Source: Octopus sinensis (taxonomy: Eukaryota). From it: 64,000 nt of DNA. The DNA is taken from positions 8,060,001 through 8,124,000 of the forward strand of contig NC_043017.1 of assembly GCF_006345805.1 (NCBI RefSeq), in the 5' to 3' direction. This document shows positions 13,480 to 27,883 of the stretch, one piece after another; within the stretch, counting starts at the first letter, position 1; the number at the start of each line of letters is the position of its first letter. The notes beneath the pieces are model-generated. The model did not search any database. It was not told the DNA's origin and worked only from the letters and a program-made list of their open reading frames with translations. A program made the translations under genes and the position numbers.

Positions 13480-14880
13480 TTTTATGTTAAGGAGAATGGT
13501 CTATTTTTGAATTGCTTGCAATATTTGTAGAATTTTCTTGCAAGTCAGGTAATACTGGTTTTAATCTATCAATACTTACAATGTTGTGGATTTTGAAAAA
13601 TTTCTTGTAATGAAATAAGTTTGGGCAGGGTCCAGTGTATGCTAGTTGTATGAGTTTGCTTAACTGGTTACAGTACACAAACACACTCAAAATATGTTTT
13701 GTGGTTCTTTTCCCCAAAAGAGGTTCTCAGTTGTAGTTGGAATTGAGCTAATGGTTTGTTCTGCAGGAAACATTAGAAACAGATTTGTAGGGATACGTGT
13801 GAGAAGTGTTAAATTATTGGTGGAAACACTCTGCTATTCCTATGCCGCAGAGGTGGTGAGTAATCATTCAGTCCATAGATAACCTAGGATACTGAAATGT
13901 GAAAATATTGTACTTGAAATGATGTAATTAGTAAGACCTCAAAGTTGTCATCCAGTTGAGATGCTGGACACAAGAAATGTTTCTGCTAATTGAGTATAAT
14001 GCATCAGCAACTTGGATTAGTAAATCCATTGGATTGAGGCAGCATAACAACTAGACACATACACACACATACAGTGTGTGTGTGTGTAGCTGAAATGGAT
14101 TTATGTAGGGGTGTGTGATAAAAGTTCCTAATAGAGCTTTGCTGTGTCTGGACTTTCAGTTAATTACTGGCACGTTAGATTTAGACCTCTGTTTGCAAAC
14201 CTTTGTTCATGACTGGCCACATTAAATAATTGATAATAATTTCAAAGTTTCAAGGATACCAGCATTCGACAATGTGTACAGAATGTTTGATACCTGGTAG
14301 TATATTGTCTCAGCTACAGGCGAAAAGTAAAGGTTATTGAGGACAGTAGGTAAAATGGTGTTTTTATGTTGGCTTGAGAGACTGGTTAATATATTGACAG
14401 GTCTGCCTGCTTGCACAATTGCTATTCTCCTTTGTTGCCAACCTGCTGAAAACTAAAAGAGTCAAATCTTCACATGCTAAGAAAAACAAAGTTGGAATTT
14501 AGCAATCTTAAAACTGTCAATCTTGAACTGTGAGATGATGTCCTAGTAACAGAGTGGAGAGTACTCGCTGAAGCAAGAAAATAGTGCTTAAGTAAAATGT
14601 TTATGTCCTGTATACACTACAAAAACATTTCCTTACATATGGCAAAAATTATAAAGACAGTATACCTTTATAGACATTCTTTTTTTGAAAAGTGCTATAT
14701 TTCATCTTAATAAGAATAAAACTTCTTGAAAAGAAAGACAATGGTTGGAAAATGCCATTAACTTCCTGATGATTGGTTTTACTTGTTTTGTACAATATCC
14801 ACACCTCCAAATTTACATTTTCAGTCCAAAGTGATGCATGCCTCCACAATCCATGGATTGTTCCATATTTCACTCAAGAT
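13480..14880 (-). mobile_element. Decayed Ty3/Gypsy pol (RNase H-integrase) remnant
   Basis: QEVNGIFQPLSFFSRS...KYSTF (RNase H), LSNAGILETLKLLS (His-Cys zinc region), AYTGP...VSIDRLKP (GPY/F end). Confidence 0.75.
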
Positions 14881-16339
14881 TAAAGTAACTGGACAATGCA
14901 GCATGAGGTGATCAGTATCTTGTGGTGATCGCTATATTGTTGTCATGAGATGGCTATATGATCCTGAATGCAAAGTCAGCTAAGATTCAATCAAGTTGAT
15001 CTGATAAAATAAAATTGGGAAAAACTTTGAGTAAACCAAACCCTATATCTAAACAAGGACATCAATCTCATTCCTAGATCCACACCTTCAAAGTTTCTCA
15101 AAGAATCACTGTCATTATGAAAACCCTAGCTGTTGAATCAATATGGGTATTTCTTTGACTTTTACGAGAAATGATTTCAGCTTGTCAAAACTCTGATAGC
15201 TGAAGTTGGTAAATCTAATTTTAACTTTGCCACTATTTTAGCTATTCTGATAACTGAAATATTTTTGAAACACAATTAGAGATAAAGTATCAACGGAAGT
15301 ATACATTTTTTGAGTGTGCATAGTAAGAACATTGCTTTCCAACTTACATGGTTTGGGGTTCAGTCCCAATGTATGGCACCATGGGCAAGTATCTTGTACT
15401 ATAGCCCTAGGCTGATCAAAGACTAAAGAGTGGATTTGGTAGACAAAAAATGAAAGAAGCCTATCATGTGTGTGTGTGTGTGTGTATGAGAGAGAGAAAG
15501 AGAGAGAGAGAGACATTATCTCCTTGCCTTGTCATTGCATGATAGTTGTTACTGAGTTCACCATCATGCAAGCAACATCCTACATTTATAATTTTCCATG
15601 TAAATATGTCTGGTCATAGAAGAGTATTAGTTTACATGGAAATAGGTGTGGGTTGATGACAGGGAAGGTAACTAACCATAGAAAATCAGCTTCAACAGAT
15701 TCCACCCAACCATACAAACATAGAAAACATAGAAATGTTAAAAGAACAACAATGATGACGACAATGATGATAATGATGGTAATGATGATGATGATGATGA
15801 CAATGATGATGAAAAGCCATTTCTTATTGGCAGCAAATTTAATGAAGAAACAGTGAAATTCTCCAATGGTCCAAATGGTGTCAGAGTAATGTGAGAAAAG
15901 TAATGCCAAGAATTCATTTAATGAGGTTTATGACAATTAGTATTTTTCTAATTATTCAAAATGTGTCACAAGATGTTAAAAGTGTTTATTCTCATTGTTG
16001 CAAGTTGACAAAAGATTGTTAATACATGCACACACAAACAGACACAAAAGAGTGTAATCAATCAAGCAATAATAAAAATTTACCTGGCACTTCTTAACTG
16101 AAGTAGTGTTCTCGAAAATTTAAACAAACCAAAAGACAATGCTATATCGGTTTTTCAGTGATATTTGAAAGAAAGCTTTTGTAAGATTAAATTTAGAAAA
16201 TACAATTTACTGTATTGATGTGGAGCCAAGTATTACTGAAACATTTGTATTTTATGCATGGTCAGTAGTCTTTAGCTGCAGAGACTATATAGTGCATGAG
16301 AGTTTAACTATTTGATAAGGGTGATACAGTTCTGATACC

Positions 16340-16830
16340 TGTGTTTGACTCTACCATAAAACCAACTTTTCACAAGCTGCTTGTGACATGCTGATGGAAG
16401 TGGTGTACAGAAAATACTTCAGTGTCCAACAACTACAAATTATAGCTGAGATCCACAGTAGAGGATTGTTCTTACATCTGCTGGTTGACATGCAAACATT
16501 CTAGGCTGCATCCAAAAAAAGCCATTCAGTTGATTGGTATAAAGTCTCTGCACCAACCATTGGCTTACAGGCATTCTGTCTCCACTCACTGCCTTTTTGA
16601 TCACTACTACAGTGACTGCTACTCCTCAAAGCTAATTATCTCATGCCGCTTCCAATTAAGCACTTCTGAATCATTAGCTTTTTACCCTCTTATTATCCAT
16701 ATTGTTTTACACTCCCAACACCTACCCAAACCACATTGTTCAGTCTTTTCTTTTTAGAAATCCTTCCTTGCCCATATTTTTCTTGCAGCTGTCAACTTGC
16801 CCTTGGTCTAACTTATCGAAATCCTCGGAG
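16340..16830 (+). mobile_element. Decayed LINE (Jockey/I-group-like) RT 3' end
   Basis: IQKKAIQLIG...QPLAYRHSVSTHCLFDHYYSDCYSSKL resembles the 'L.HRR.VASL.LFYRYY.G.CS.EL' motif. Confidence 0.6.
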
Positions 16831-19057
16831 TCTACTGAAGGAGTTGGTACCCTACAAACCCAGCTATGTTACAACATATACCACAGCTATAAACACTTCA
16901 TGCAAATTTGTAGTTGTTTTAATCAACAAGCAAAAGAAAAAAAATAGAAAGCTATTGCCCCAGTATGAAGCACTTTTTAAAATTTGTCATGCTCAAACTT
17001 CCAACTAGTTTTATTGGCATTGAAAAATAATCTTCTATATATCTACCCTCTTTATAATGGTGGCAAATGAAATAAGGATAAGAATGTGCATTGTCCGTTT
17101 AATTGGAAAATTCTATAAGTGGCTGAAGATTGCTCGACATTTTAAAACTAATGTAATACAGTGTTTAATAAAATGAAGTAGCATGAAACAATTATACTAC
17201 TCTACCTTGGATATACTTGTTGCTTATTTTGATTATATATATATATATATACTTTGTGATGGCATATATATGTACACGTGTGTGAGTGTATGTTTATTTA
17301 TATGTGTGTGTGTATATAAGTGTATATGTATGTATGTAAGTATATATACCTGGACTTAACTCCCAACTTTGATAGTTCAATATATAAGTATATATGTACA
17401 TCCATGTGTGTCTGTGTGTATACATACACAAACATGCATTATATAGGAAATATTTTCAACCAAGATGTTACATCTTAAATCTTCAAGTGCTTCAATTCTA
17501 TGTATGTACATATTTTTACTAGATTGCTGACAATTATTTTTACTAGATTGCTTTCCCCATTGTGTTGATGTGCCATTTACTATCAGTAATAAAAGTGTCA
17601 GCATTTTTGCCAACCCAGCTATGCTAGTATATAAATGAAAATAAAATAGCCTAAATTCTGAAATACACAGATGGTATTGCTTATAAGATAATTAAATGAT
17701 TGTAGCCATGATAAAGTTGCATTTGAATTCTTTAATAGAAATGTTTCTATTCAATGGAAGCTTCACACCTTCAATTCATGGAGAGGAATTTATTGCACAA
17801 ACACATACACTGATAAAATTGTCAATAGAAGAAAAGACTGGAAAATTTCTGTCAACAAACGTCTTACAAAAGATTTATGTGTGTAAATAAGACTTAATGT
17901 TTTGCTGTTTCTTGGTCAAGATTTTTTTTTTTAAATAAGTTAGTCATGGAAGAAAGAAGCAGTGCTCATGACCTTTAATAGCATTCCCAACTGGTAATAT
18001 TGATGCAGTTGATATTCAGTATGAATATGTACGGGTTAATATCTGCAGGAAAAGTATGGGTGTGAAGGAACTTCCAAAGAGCAGCAGGAATGATTGAGGT
18101 ATGCAGTGACACATTAGATATGATGAGTAGAGAGTTGAGTGTGTCAAGTAGAAGCATGCACATAGCTTATTCAGAACACAGGAATGCTAGTTTTTTGATA
18201 TCAAGTAATGATTTATATAATGGGCGACAGAACATTAAAAATATATTAGACAATCTAAAAATCATTACTCAGTTCAACAAAATAAAAGGAAAATATATGG
18301 CAATTTGAGCAAGTGTCATCTACTAATAGCTCTGAGTTGACTAGAGCCTTGTGAGTAGACTTGGTAGACAGAAACTGAAAGAAACCCATTGTGTGTGTGT
18401 GTGTGTGTTTCTGTTTGTCCCCCACTACCACTTAACAACTGGAGTAAGTTTGTTTATATTCCTGTAACTGAGGGGCTCAGCAAAAACAGGCTGAAAAAAT
18501 AAGTACCAGGCTTCAAAAAATTAATACTGGGGTTGATCTGTTCAACTAAATTCTTCAAGTTTGTACCCCAGCATGGTCACAGTTCAATGACTGAAACAAA
18601 TAAAAAAAAAGAAATGTGCACTAAATCAGCCGCAAAATTTATAGCCTCATGAGCAAAAAACATTGTATTGGTATTACACCATCAAAAACAAGAGCTGTAG
18701 AAAGACAAAGGTCCATGCTCTGACCACATAGAGCTTGTTTCCCTTTGTTATGGCTAGCAGCAGAGTCAAAGAGCTTCAAAATCAGACTAGGACTGGAGGA
18801 AACTCAGTATTTCCAGACTGACTCATGATTAGCTATTGCATTTATAACCACTGAAGACAATGCACTCTGAGGTCTTCAATCCAACAGAAGTATAGCAAAT
18901 TTAGATTGATGAGTAAGAGAGTGACACCCAGATGATTTGTTAGCTACTTACATTCCACAGGTTTATTTGAGCTAGGCTAATATGCACTCTACAACAGTAT
19001 GGTCAGCTGAGGTGAGTATTATAGGTAGGAGCATATTAGATTGGCTTCTGCCCACTG

Positions 19058-19925
19058 TAAGTGGGATGATCAATAAGTAAAAGCACACAGAATGAAGCCA
19101 CTTAGCACAGATTGACCTTGAACTCTGCTGTGCATGCACAGTAAGTTTTAACATTCTAGCTCACTTCTGCTGTTTACAGCAGTGATTGGAAGGAAGGTAT
19201 GTAGGGTAAAATTGTTGTATTGACTATGAGAGAGAAAGTTGAGCAGAGAATCAGCATCAAATTTTGCCAAAAGCTTAGCGATACCTATTCAGAGGCCTAT
19301 GCAAAGTTTTCAAAAGCTTTCATCGAACTCAGCACAATCAAGGAGATCTTGTGCAACTGAAACTTGAATGTCTGTTTGGTCTGTTGAAAGCAGTTTTGAC
19401 ACAAACTTGGCAGACATGCATCACATACCCAAATCTTCAATTGTAATGGACTGAACTGAACCGTAACTAATTTGTACATCTGATAACTCATGGATGGTGA
19501 TTTGATGATTCCTCCTCACAACTGCATGCACATCTGCGATGTTTTCCTCAGTTCTACTGGTTGTGGGTCTCCCAGAATGTTTGTCGATGTTGACATTTTT
19601 CCAGCCATCTTGGAAACGTCTGAACCACTCATACACTTGTGTGTGGCTCATATATTCCTCTCCATACACTTTCTGCAACTTTGCACAGGCCTCTGAGCAG
19701 GTATCACCATGACAACTTTCTCTGTCATGGTCAATGCAACAATCACATGCAACACAACTTCCTTCCAAGCACTGCTGTAAACAGCGGAAGTGAGCTAGAA
19801 CTTTAAAATATTAGTGCACATGCACAGCAGAGTTCAAGGTTAATCTGTGCCAAGTGGTTTCACTCTGCATGCTTTAGCTTCGTTACTATGACAACAGCCC
19901 TGATACTTGTTGATCGTACCTCATA
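19058..19925. mobile_element. Mariner-derived non-autonomous fold-back element (~250-bp inverted arms)
   Basis: 19065-19316 is the reverse complement of ~19672-19920; minus strand encodes the mariner HTH (KVYGEEYMSHTQVYEWFRRFQDG...HSGRP). Confidence 0.85.
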
Positions 19926-20809
19926 TTACTGGTAGTATTTTTATTGATCTTGTGAGAGATAACTAAGATTTGAATTTAAAACCATAAGGCACTGAAGTAA
20001 ATGTGTACGACTTGAACAAACTTCACCATCTTAATTGTATTAATCATCTAACATTTAAATATCACTATGGACATGTACTCATTCTCCAGACATCTGATTG
20101 TCCTCAACACTACCATTACCACATATACACAATATTCAGTTTTTAATATGTTTCAGTCATTGATAATAATCAAATATCAGTATGACCTAATGATAAATGA
20201 ATTTGTAAGATGGAGATTTGACAATAACACTTTGTTTAGAATAAAAACATAATAAAAGTACAGTTTATGTTGCTTATAGTAGGGTTTAATTAATTACCCC
20301 AATGTATAACTATGATAACAATTTATAATATAAATTGGACATGGGCGATCATTGTATTCTTTCTTGTCTTGAGCTTCACAGCCAAACGGCTGGGTGGATT
20401 CACGTGAAAAATGGCACACATGTGGAGATGGGTGCACAGATTGGAATGTGGTTTGTAGTTTTCTCCTAGCCCCCATACTTATCAAGAAAATCGATGAAAT
20501 CTTTTTCTAATGGAATTCCCCTCTTCCTTCCGCCATTAAAACAACCAGTTGCTTAGAAGCTGTTTTCTGACGGGGTGGGGTCAGAAAATTTTCATACAGC
20601 TGGAGACTCCAATCAAAACAGGGGACCTGAAATGATAAGGTTGAGAAACGCTCTTATAGATTATACCTAACCAAAAATGAACACAGCCACATTATCCAAA
20701 CAGACTGGATGAAACTGGGCTTAGCTGCTAGTTGTTTCTAACACTAAGTACAAGGCCAACATTTTAGAGGGAGGAGGTCAGTCAATTATATGGACCCTTG
20801 GACTAGTAT

Positions 20810-20943
20810 CAGGCCCATCATGAAGGGAGTGGACTGAACAGCACTGCCTCTTGACTATTCAATGGTGCACCCTCAGATTTACTCCACCTTAGTGACTCCA
20901 CTTCAGCATTATTACAAATTACTAAAGTCTGATGATGGGCCTG
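20810..20943. mobile_element. 134-bp hAT-like MITE nested in a SINE
   Basis: Perfect 12-bp TIR caggcccatcat/atgatgggcctg; decayed 8-bp TSD (actagtat/acaagcac). Confidence 0.7.
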
Positions 20944-21687
20944 ACAAGCACTTTATCTTATCAACCCCAGAGAGATGAATGACAAAATTGACTTCAGCAG
21001 GATTTGATCTCAAAATGTAAAGCCAGAACAAATAATGGGTGTGACACTGTAGCAACACTCTCATGGTTCTGGCAATTCACAGTTCTAATAATACAAATAA
21101 TAATAATATTGATTTTTCAACAAAGACAAAAATTTGGTGAAAGACATAATTATCTGGACAGGAGTTGAACTTTGAATATAAAATGACAACTAAAATTGAT
21201 CACAGATTAGATCATGGAATATCAAAAAGTAGAGCTGACTCCTGCTGGATTTGAATAAAATAAGGATTTCTAATTTTAGCTCAAGGCAAAAAGTTTTTCA
21301 AGATAGGAGTTGGCAATTTAATTAATCACAATATTTATGGGCCAGTACTTATTTCATTGATCCCAGAAAGCTGAATGGCAACTGAAATAGTATTTTAACT
21401 TAGTCTGTAGAAGGATATAACTAAATAGCCTCTGCAATTATTCCCATTAACACAAGACCATATAGTTCAGTGTGTTATTTTGGTGTATCTTCATGACACC
21501 ATTATTTACTAATCTCCAAAAAGAAATACAAAGAGGTTAAAAATAACCGATGTTCCCTCGTTAATTTTGGTAAGAAATAAATGGCAAGTTACTTAAAATT
21601 TTCTATTTTGAACTGATTGCAAACTTGTTCAGAATTTTCAGAGCTATCAAGAGCACCAAAAGGAAGCATCTTGAAGCTTAGCAGTGG

Positions 21688-21710
21688 TTATTATTATTAT
21701 TATTATTATT

Positions 21711-21774
<64 letters not shown>

Positions 21775-21775
21775 T

Positions 21776-21806
<31 letters not shown>

Positions 21807-21824
21807 TATAATAATAATAATAAT
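21688..21824. repeat. (TTA)n(CAA/CAT)n(TAA)n compound trinucleotide repeat
   Basis: Seen directly. Confidence 0.95.
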
Positions 21825-22070
21825 TCTTTCTACTATAAGTACAAGGCCTGAAATTTGGGGGAGGGTGTAGTCGATTACATTGACCCCAGTACTCAACTGG
21901 TACTTATTTTACTGACCCCAAAATGATGAAAGGCAAAGTGTGGATTTTGAACTCAGAACACGAAGACAGCCGAAATACTGCTAAGCATTTCACCCAGCGT
22001 GCTAACAATTCTGCCAGCTCACTGCCCTAATAATAATAATAATAATAATAATAATATAATAATAATAATA

Positions 22071-22650
22071 AATGCCCTGATGCAGTACCAGGCAGTGGCT
22101 CTCATGTCTTCTAATCTTAACTGATTGGAAGTGTTATCATGTACATTGTTTTGTCCTGGTATAAAAGATGGGCTACAGCAAATATTCTGCTCAATACCAC
22201 AGATTTGCTTGTCAGTTGTTTGACCGTAACCAGTTGAGCATGTCCCTTAGTGGCTGACGATATGTGCATCTCTGATCATGAGCAGAAGTAGTGGGGGAGC
22301 ATCATAGCCATGTGTTGAGAGGGATTCTTTGGGGTTTGAATAATTCACCTCTGGAAACATGGGTGTTTCGTTCAACATCCTTAAACAACCCTTATTCAGG
22401 AACCTTTTGAGCAGGATGGGTTACTCGACCTGAAGAAAATTCTAACTGGGCCCCACCTGCAAGGTCATGTGCTGTTTATCTTGACATTAGATCACCATGT
22501 CTCAGACATATGGTTGTGATGCATGTGTCTGGTGTACCATTATCAGACAGGTAGTCATGATGGGTATACTGGGCTTCGTAAATTTTACCCCAGTGTCACT
22601 TTGATGGCATGCACTGCTCTCTCACTCAATAATAATAATAATAATAATAA
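22071..22650 (+). mobile_element. ~560-bp insert flanked on both sides by (AAT)n; probable 3' end of a TAA-targeting retroelement
   Basis: GC-richer block bounded by AAT runs; family not identified. Confidence 0.45.
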
Positions 22651-23127
22651 TGGTTTCAATCAACCCCAACACTTGATTGCTACATATTTTATCAACCCTG
22701 AAAGGATGAAAAGTGAAGTCAACCTCAATGGGACTTTAACCCTTTCGTTACCATATTTATTTTGAGATGCTCTGTGTTTCTTTCAATTACATTAAATATA
22801 ACAAAGAATTCAGCTAGTGTTAGGAAAATAATTTGTGACTAAGGTTTGGTGGAAGATTTTAATTCAAAAGATTGGCACAAGGCCAGCAAGTTTGGGAAGT
22901 GGGTAAGTCAGTTACATTGACCCCAGGGCTTGATTGGTGCTTATTTTATTGACTTCAGAAGAATGAGAGGCAAAGACGACTGTGGTGGAATTTGAACTCA
23001 GAACATGCATGCCCAGCATGCTAATGATTCGGCCAGCTAGCCACCTTCACTGCCTCAATAGTAATAGTAATAATAATAATACATTTTCTCTTCAGTTTTT
23101 CGGGTGAAACACTAGAAAAGAAGGAAG

Positions 23128-23332
23128 ATGAAGAAATCAAAAGGATCAACTTCTCAATTACCAATCGCCAAAAGTTCCAATATGGATCCAACAGCAGTCA
23201 AGATACCAAGAAAATCTCCAGTTTCAAATATTACTCGCTCAGTTGAAGATATTCCTCGACGAGTCCAGCTAAGTGTCTCTGGTAGTATGGACTTTTCCTC
23301 CAGTAGAACCCTGTCTCCAGCCCTAAGCCAAG
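23128..23332 (+). CDS. CNTRL: Centriolin coding exon 1 (exon starts 23096; ATG 23128; MKKSKGSTSQLP...)
   Basis: Acceptor ttttctcttcag|, donor AAG|gtaaca, phase 1 matching the next exon; Ser/Lys-rich N-terminus. Confidence 0.8.
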
Positions 23333-26300
23333 GTAACACTTATCCCTTAATAATCCCTTCTTCAATTTGTCTGATGTGAAGCTGAAATTGTATATTTCTC
23401 TTAAGGTCTCTGAACTTATGAAGTGTTTATGCTCTCTTACTAATTTCTCTATTCACAGTTTAATAGACCTATATTAACTAAATTTTGGCTTGACTCTTAT
23501 GTAAAATACATCAGACAGTTTAAATAGTTGACACTTTTATTTATAATATTTTCTTTATATTTTATCAATGTAAAAATAAACACTTATTCAGCCAAATTGA
23601 CAGACATTAAAGTCAAGAATTTGACACAGGACAATTCCAAGACACATGGTGATGTAACACTGTTAATAATCTTTTCTACTCTAGGCAGAGGGCCTGAAAT
23701 TTTGGGATGAGGTGGCTAGTTGATTACATCAGCCCCAGTACTTGACTGGTATTTATTTCATTGACTCTAAAAGGAAGAAAGGCAGTAATAATTGATAACT
23801 TAAGCACATGATCATACATTTTGAAGGAGAGGTACAGTTGATTCTGTCAATCCCAATATTTGACAAGAACTTATTTTATTGACCCTAGAAGAATGAAAAG
23901 CAAAGTCAACTCCAGTAAGATTTAAATTCAAAATGCAAAGGAATGTAACAAAATATAGCAAGACATTTCGTCCAGTGCTCTGATGAATAATGTAATATAT
24001 AGATAATAAGTCTCACCACCAAATTCCAACTGCTCAAGAAAAAACTTTTAAGTGCTCATATGCACCTATCTTAGAAAATGTTAGTGTGAAAATTCTACAG
24101 AACGTTAGCATATAGACAGACCACCAGACAACACATACTAAGCCTGACATCATTCTCCATGACAAAATGACAAGAACTTATTAATCAATGAGATAGCAAT
24201 ACCAAGTCTCTATTATATTGCACACAAGTGAATTGAAAGCTCAGAAACTACACTTACTAAATAGTTGAAAATATTATGGCAGTTAAAGTATGTGTTTATC
24301 ATTCCATTTGTGATTAGCATAAATGATTTGATACATAAACATTTCTGTGAGGATATTGACTAATTACTTATGAAGATAAACACAGGCATATTATGGTAAA
24401 TAGTAATATCAGGATCTATAAACATTATTGGAGCATTTTCACACAGCATTGCCTTAACTTAAATACTTTTGTTAAGATTAAATATATATGTGCATGCTCA
24501 ACATTCATTAATCTTGAATGCCCCTATTAATCCTTACTTAGTACTTCTTTGCATGTCCTCTGTTGAACATTCTTGTTTAAACTTGAATATTTTTGTTAAA
24601 CTTAAATATTTCTATTATCCATGGACATCCTTGTTAACTATAAATATATCTCTGCATGTTCTCCAATATGTATCTATATTTTGTTCTATGAAAGGAAACA
24701 CTTGAAGTCTTACTCAAATCATGACTACTATAACGATAATAATAATATCGGCACAGAGTAAGCAGTTTTTGAAGAGAGGGGGAAGTCAATTACATCAACT
24801 CCAGTACTTGGATGTTACTTATTTTATCAACCCCGAAAGATGAAAGGCAAAATCGACCTTGATGGAATTTGAACTCAGAACTTAAAGATGGACAAAATGC
24901 TTAGCAGTGGTGGTGGCAGTGATGATGATGATGATTGTTTCTAATTTAAGCACAAGATCATTTTTTTAGAAGTGGGTTAGTTCATTACTTTGAGTCCAGT
25001 ACTTGACTAGTACTTCATTTTGTTCACGCTGAAGGTAACTTTGAATGCAGAATATAAAGAACCAGAAAATATACTGTAGGTATTTTGTCAAACATTCTAA
25101 TGATTCTGTGGATTATACACCCTGTAATAATAGTGTTGTCTAACTTACGTACAAGGCCAGCAATTTTGAGGTGAGGAGTTAAACAACACCATCAACCTCT
25201 CTACTTGATTGTAATGTTGACCTCACTGGAATTTGAACTCAAAGTGTAATGTGTCATAACTAAAAACTGCAAATCATTTTGTCTAGTGCTCTAACAATCC
25301 AGCTAATCCACCATCCTTATAATTATTTCTAACTGTAGCACTAGGCCATTGATTTTTGAGGGGACTGGATTACTTAATACTATTGGCCTCAACACTGAAG
25401 ACTGATACTTCATTTATTTTGATCCCAGAGGAGTGGCAGGTGAAGATAACTTCAGCAGGATTTGAACTCAGAAGACAAAGAGCCAGAACAAATACTGCAA
25501 ATAACTACATGAATATGAAAAATGCCTCACATGATAACCTTTATCCTTGCATTTCAACAATCTACTTGCATCTCTGATTTTATTATTTCGATTAGAGTAT
25601 TTTAAAATATGTCTATGTAAACACCATTGCTTAACCTGTCAATGTCCAACTATTCTACTGGAAGAAAGCCTATTTTGGTTTCTTTCTGAAAGAGCAAGAA
25701 ATATTTTGAGTTTCGGAACATAAACAATATTATTTTTTTAAATTTTAAAACAAAAAAAAAGTAAGATAGTCACATGACCAGATGTTTCAAACTATTTAAC
25801 ATCCAAACTGTTGCTTTTTTTGAAGTAATTTCATAGACTTTTATCAATTCTGTTGTAATAGGCTTCAGTCTATCAAGCATTGACTTGATAAAATGATTCG
25901 CACAACTGTTTTACACATTATATAAACAAATATAAAACAATAAAGGAATTGCTATTTTATTCATCATCCATAGCCTCTTCTTGTAGCTATTTTTTACCCT
26001 ATTCTTCTTGAAGCCATTACTCTTACTGTCTTCTTCCTCTTCTTGCAACCATTACCCTTATTCCCTTCTTGTAACCATAAGTTTCACTCTTGTTGTTGTA
26101 GAAATATGTACAAGTGTACTTCATGCTATGGGACCATTACATTCCAGAAACTCCTGCTCTAACTAGTTCCATAATGTGAAGCCTAGTTTTCCATTGATTT
26201 TCATGTTACACGAAAGTCAATGAAAAGATAAATGCATTTCACATTGCAGAACTCTAATTTACAGCATGATTTTCTATAATACAATGCTTCTGTGACATGG

Positions 26301-27852
26301 GAAATGCTTTTATAAGACAATAGACAAATTGTTGTTGCTCTAGTAACCTGTCCTTGTTACATTAGTGACCACCTGTTGTTGCTGCTTTAGATAGTCTGTC
26401 ATAAATAGTTAAATCATGTATAACTGCCACTTATTTACAGGGTCCACTGTTGGAGTTCGCTACTTAACAGAAGAGCTCATCAAAAAAGTCAGCAAACAGG
26501 ACAACCTAACATTAATCACAACACTCAACCTCACGTTGTCCAAAGACAGTGGTAAAAAAATTAAAGTAAGTATGAATTCACCATCATCAGCTTTATCCTC
26601 ATCTTCATCCTCATCATCATTGTCATTACCATTGATATTGATGTTCAGTGTGTTTATAGAACAGATTTCACACATTCACTGAAATACTGATGTTCCTTTC
26701 CCATTCTACATTTGGCATGAATTTTAACATCTTCATCAGTGTATAGAAAAATGCTAAGATACGCAAATCGGCTTATGCCTTTGGTAGCCTGGTCATCAGC
26801 CACTGAGTCAGTGTGTGCAGTTGTTTGAGCTCTCTCCATGGCTTTCATCTTTTTAAAATTAATTCTTAGTTCAGGTGTCTTCATAACCTCACTCAGATAA
26901 TGAGTCAGGCCTTGCAGATTGCCTCTGAATTCTGTCAACAATGCTATATCAACAATGAAATCCAAGTAAACCAACCTTCAGGATCCTTCTATTAGAAGCC
27001 ATATTCATTGCTACTGACTACCTTTTTCATGATGAAAGCCTTGATTATTTGAAAGAGAAATGGCATAGGCTAACTTAGAAATGTGAAAAATTATTTTATT
27101 TCAAGAATTTTTTTTTAAATCTTGATTCCTGACATTATACAAGGACAATGTAAAATAAGGGTAATAATATACTTGTGTCAACCCAATTAACCATTTCAAA
27201 AATTTAACTGCTTCAAAACTTGCTACAATTTTTGTTTACTTGTCTGATCCACAGTACATTGAAAACTTAGATTCCCTAAAAAATCTTCAAACCATGAATC
27301 TCAGTGGAAATCTCATTGAAAAAATAGAAAAACTGGACAAGCTGAGCCATTTGTTGGAGATCAACCTTTCGTTTAATTTCATCCAAAAGATAGAAGGATT
27401 AGACTCTCTCTGCCGACTGCAGGTCCTCAACTTAACTGGTAATCAGATTGAACACATCCCACAATCACTAGGCAAAAAGCTAAAAACACTGCGAGTTTTC
27501 AAGATTGCAAAGAACAATCTCAGCTCTGTAAGTATTCTGTGTATTTTGATATCAAAATTGCTTGACTAACATTGAGGCAGTGAAAAAATTAAAATTTTGT
27601 TTAAAGTAAAGTTAAAGTTAGCCATGTCATAAAAATGACAGAGATTAAATTTTCAGGACAATGTTACATCTGTTATGGAATTAGTATTATTTTTACCTTG
27701 TTCTCATGTTTCCACATTTCATACTATTGTAATATTACATTGTTTACTCATAAACTATGCTTGCTATCAGAATAATTATTCCTGCAATACTGGAAATTTC
27801 CTAATATTTTCTCTATCAGTGTGCCTGTCTGTCTGTCTGTCTGTCTGTCTGC

Positions 27853-27883
<31 letters not shown>

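Larger units (their letters stand above)
20740..25500 (-). mobile_element. Cluster of ~12 same-orientation tRNA-derived SINE copies (Meta-domain-like core)
   Basis: Repeated cacaaggcc...gtcgattacatcgacccc...gatgaaaggcaaagtc...atttgaactcagaac blocks separated by (AAT)n. Confidence 0.85.
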
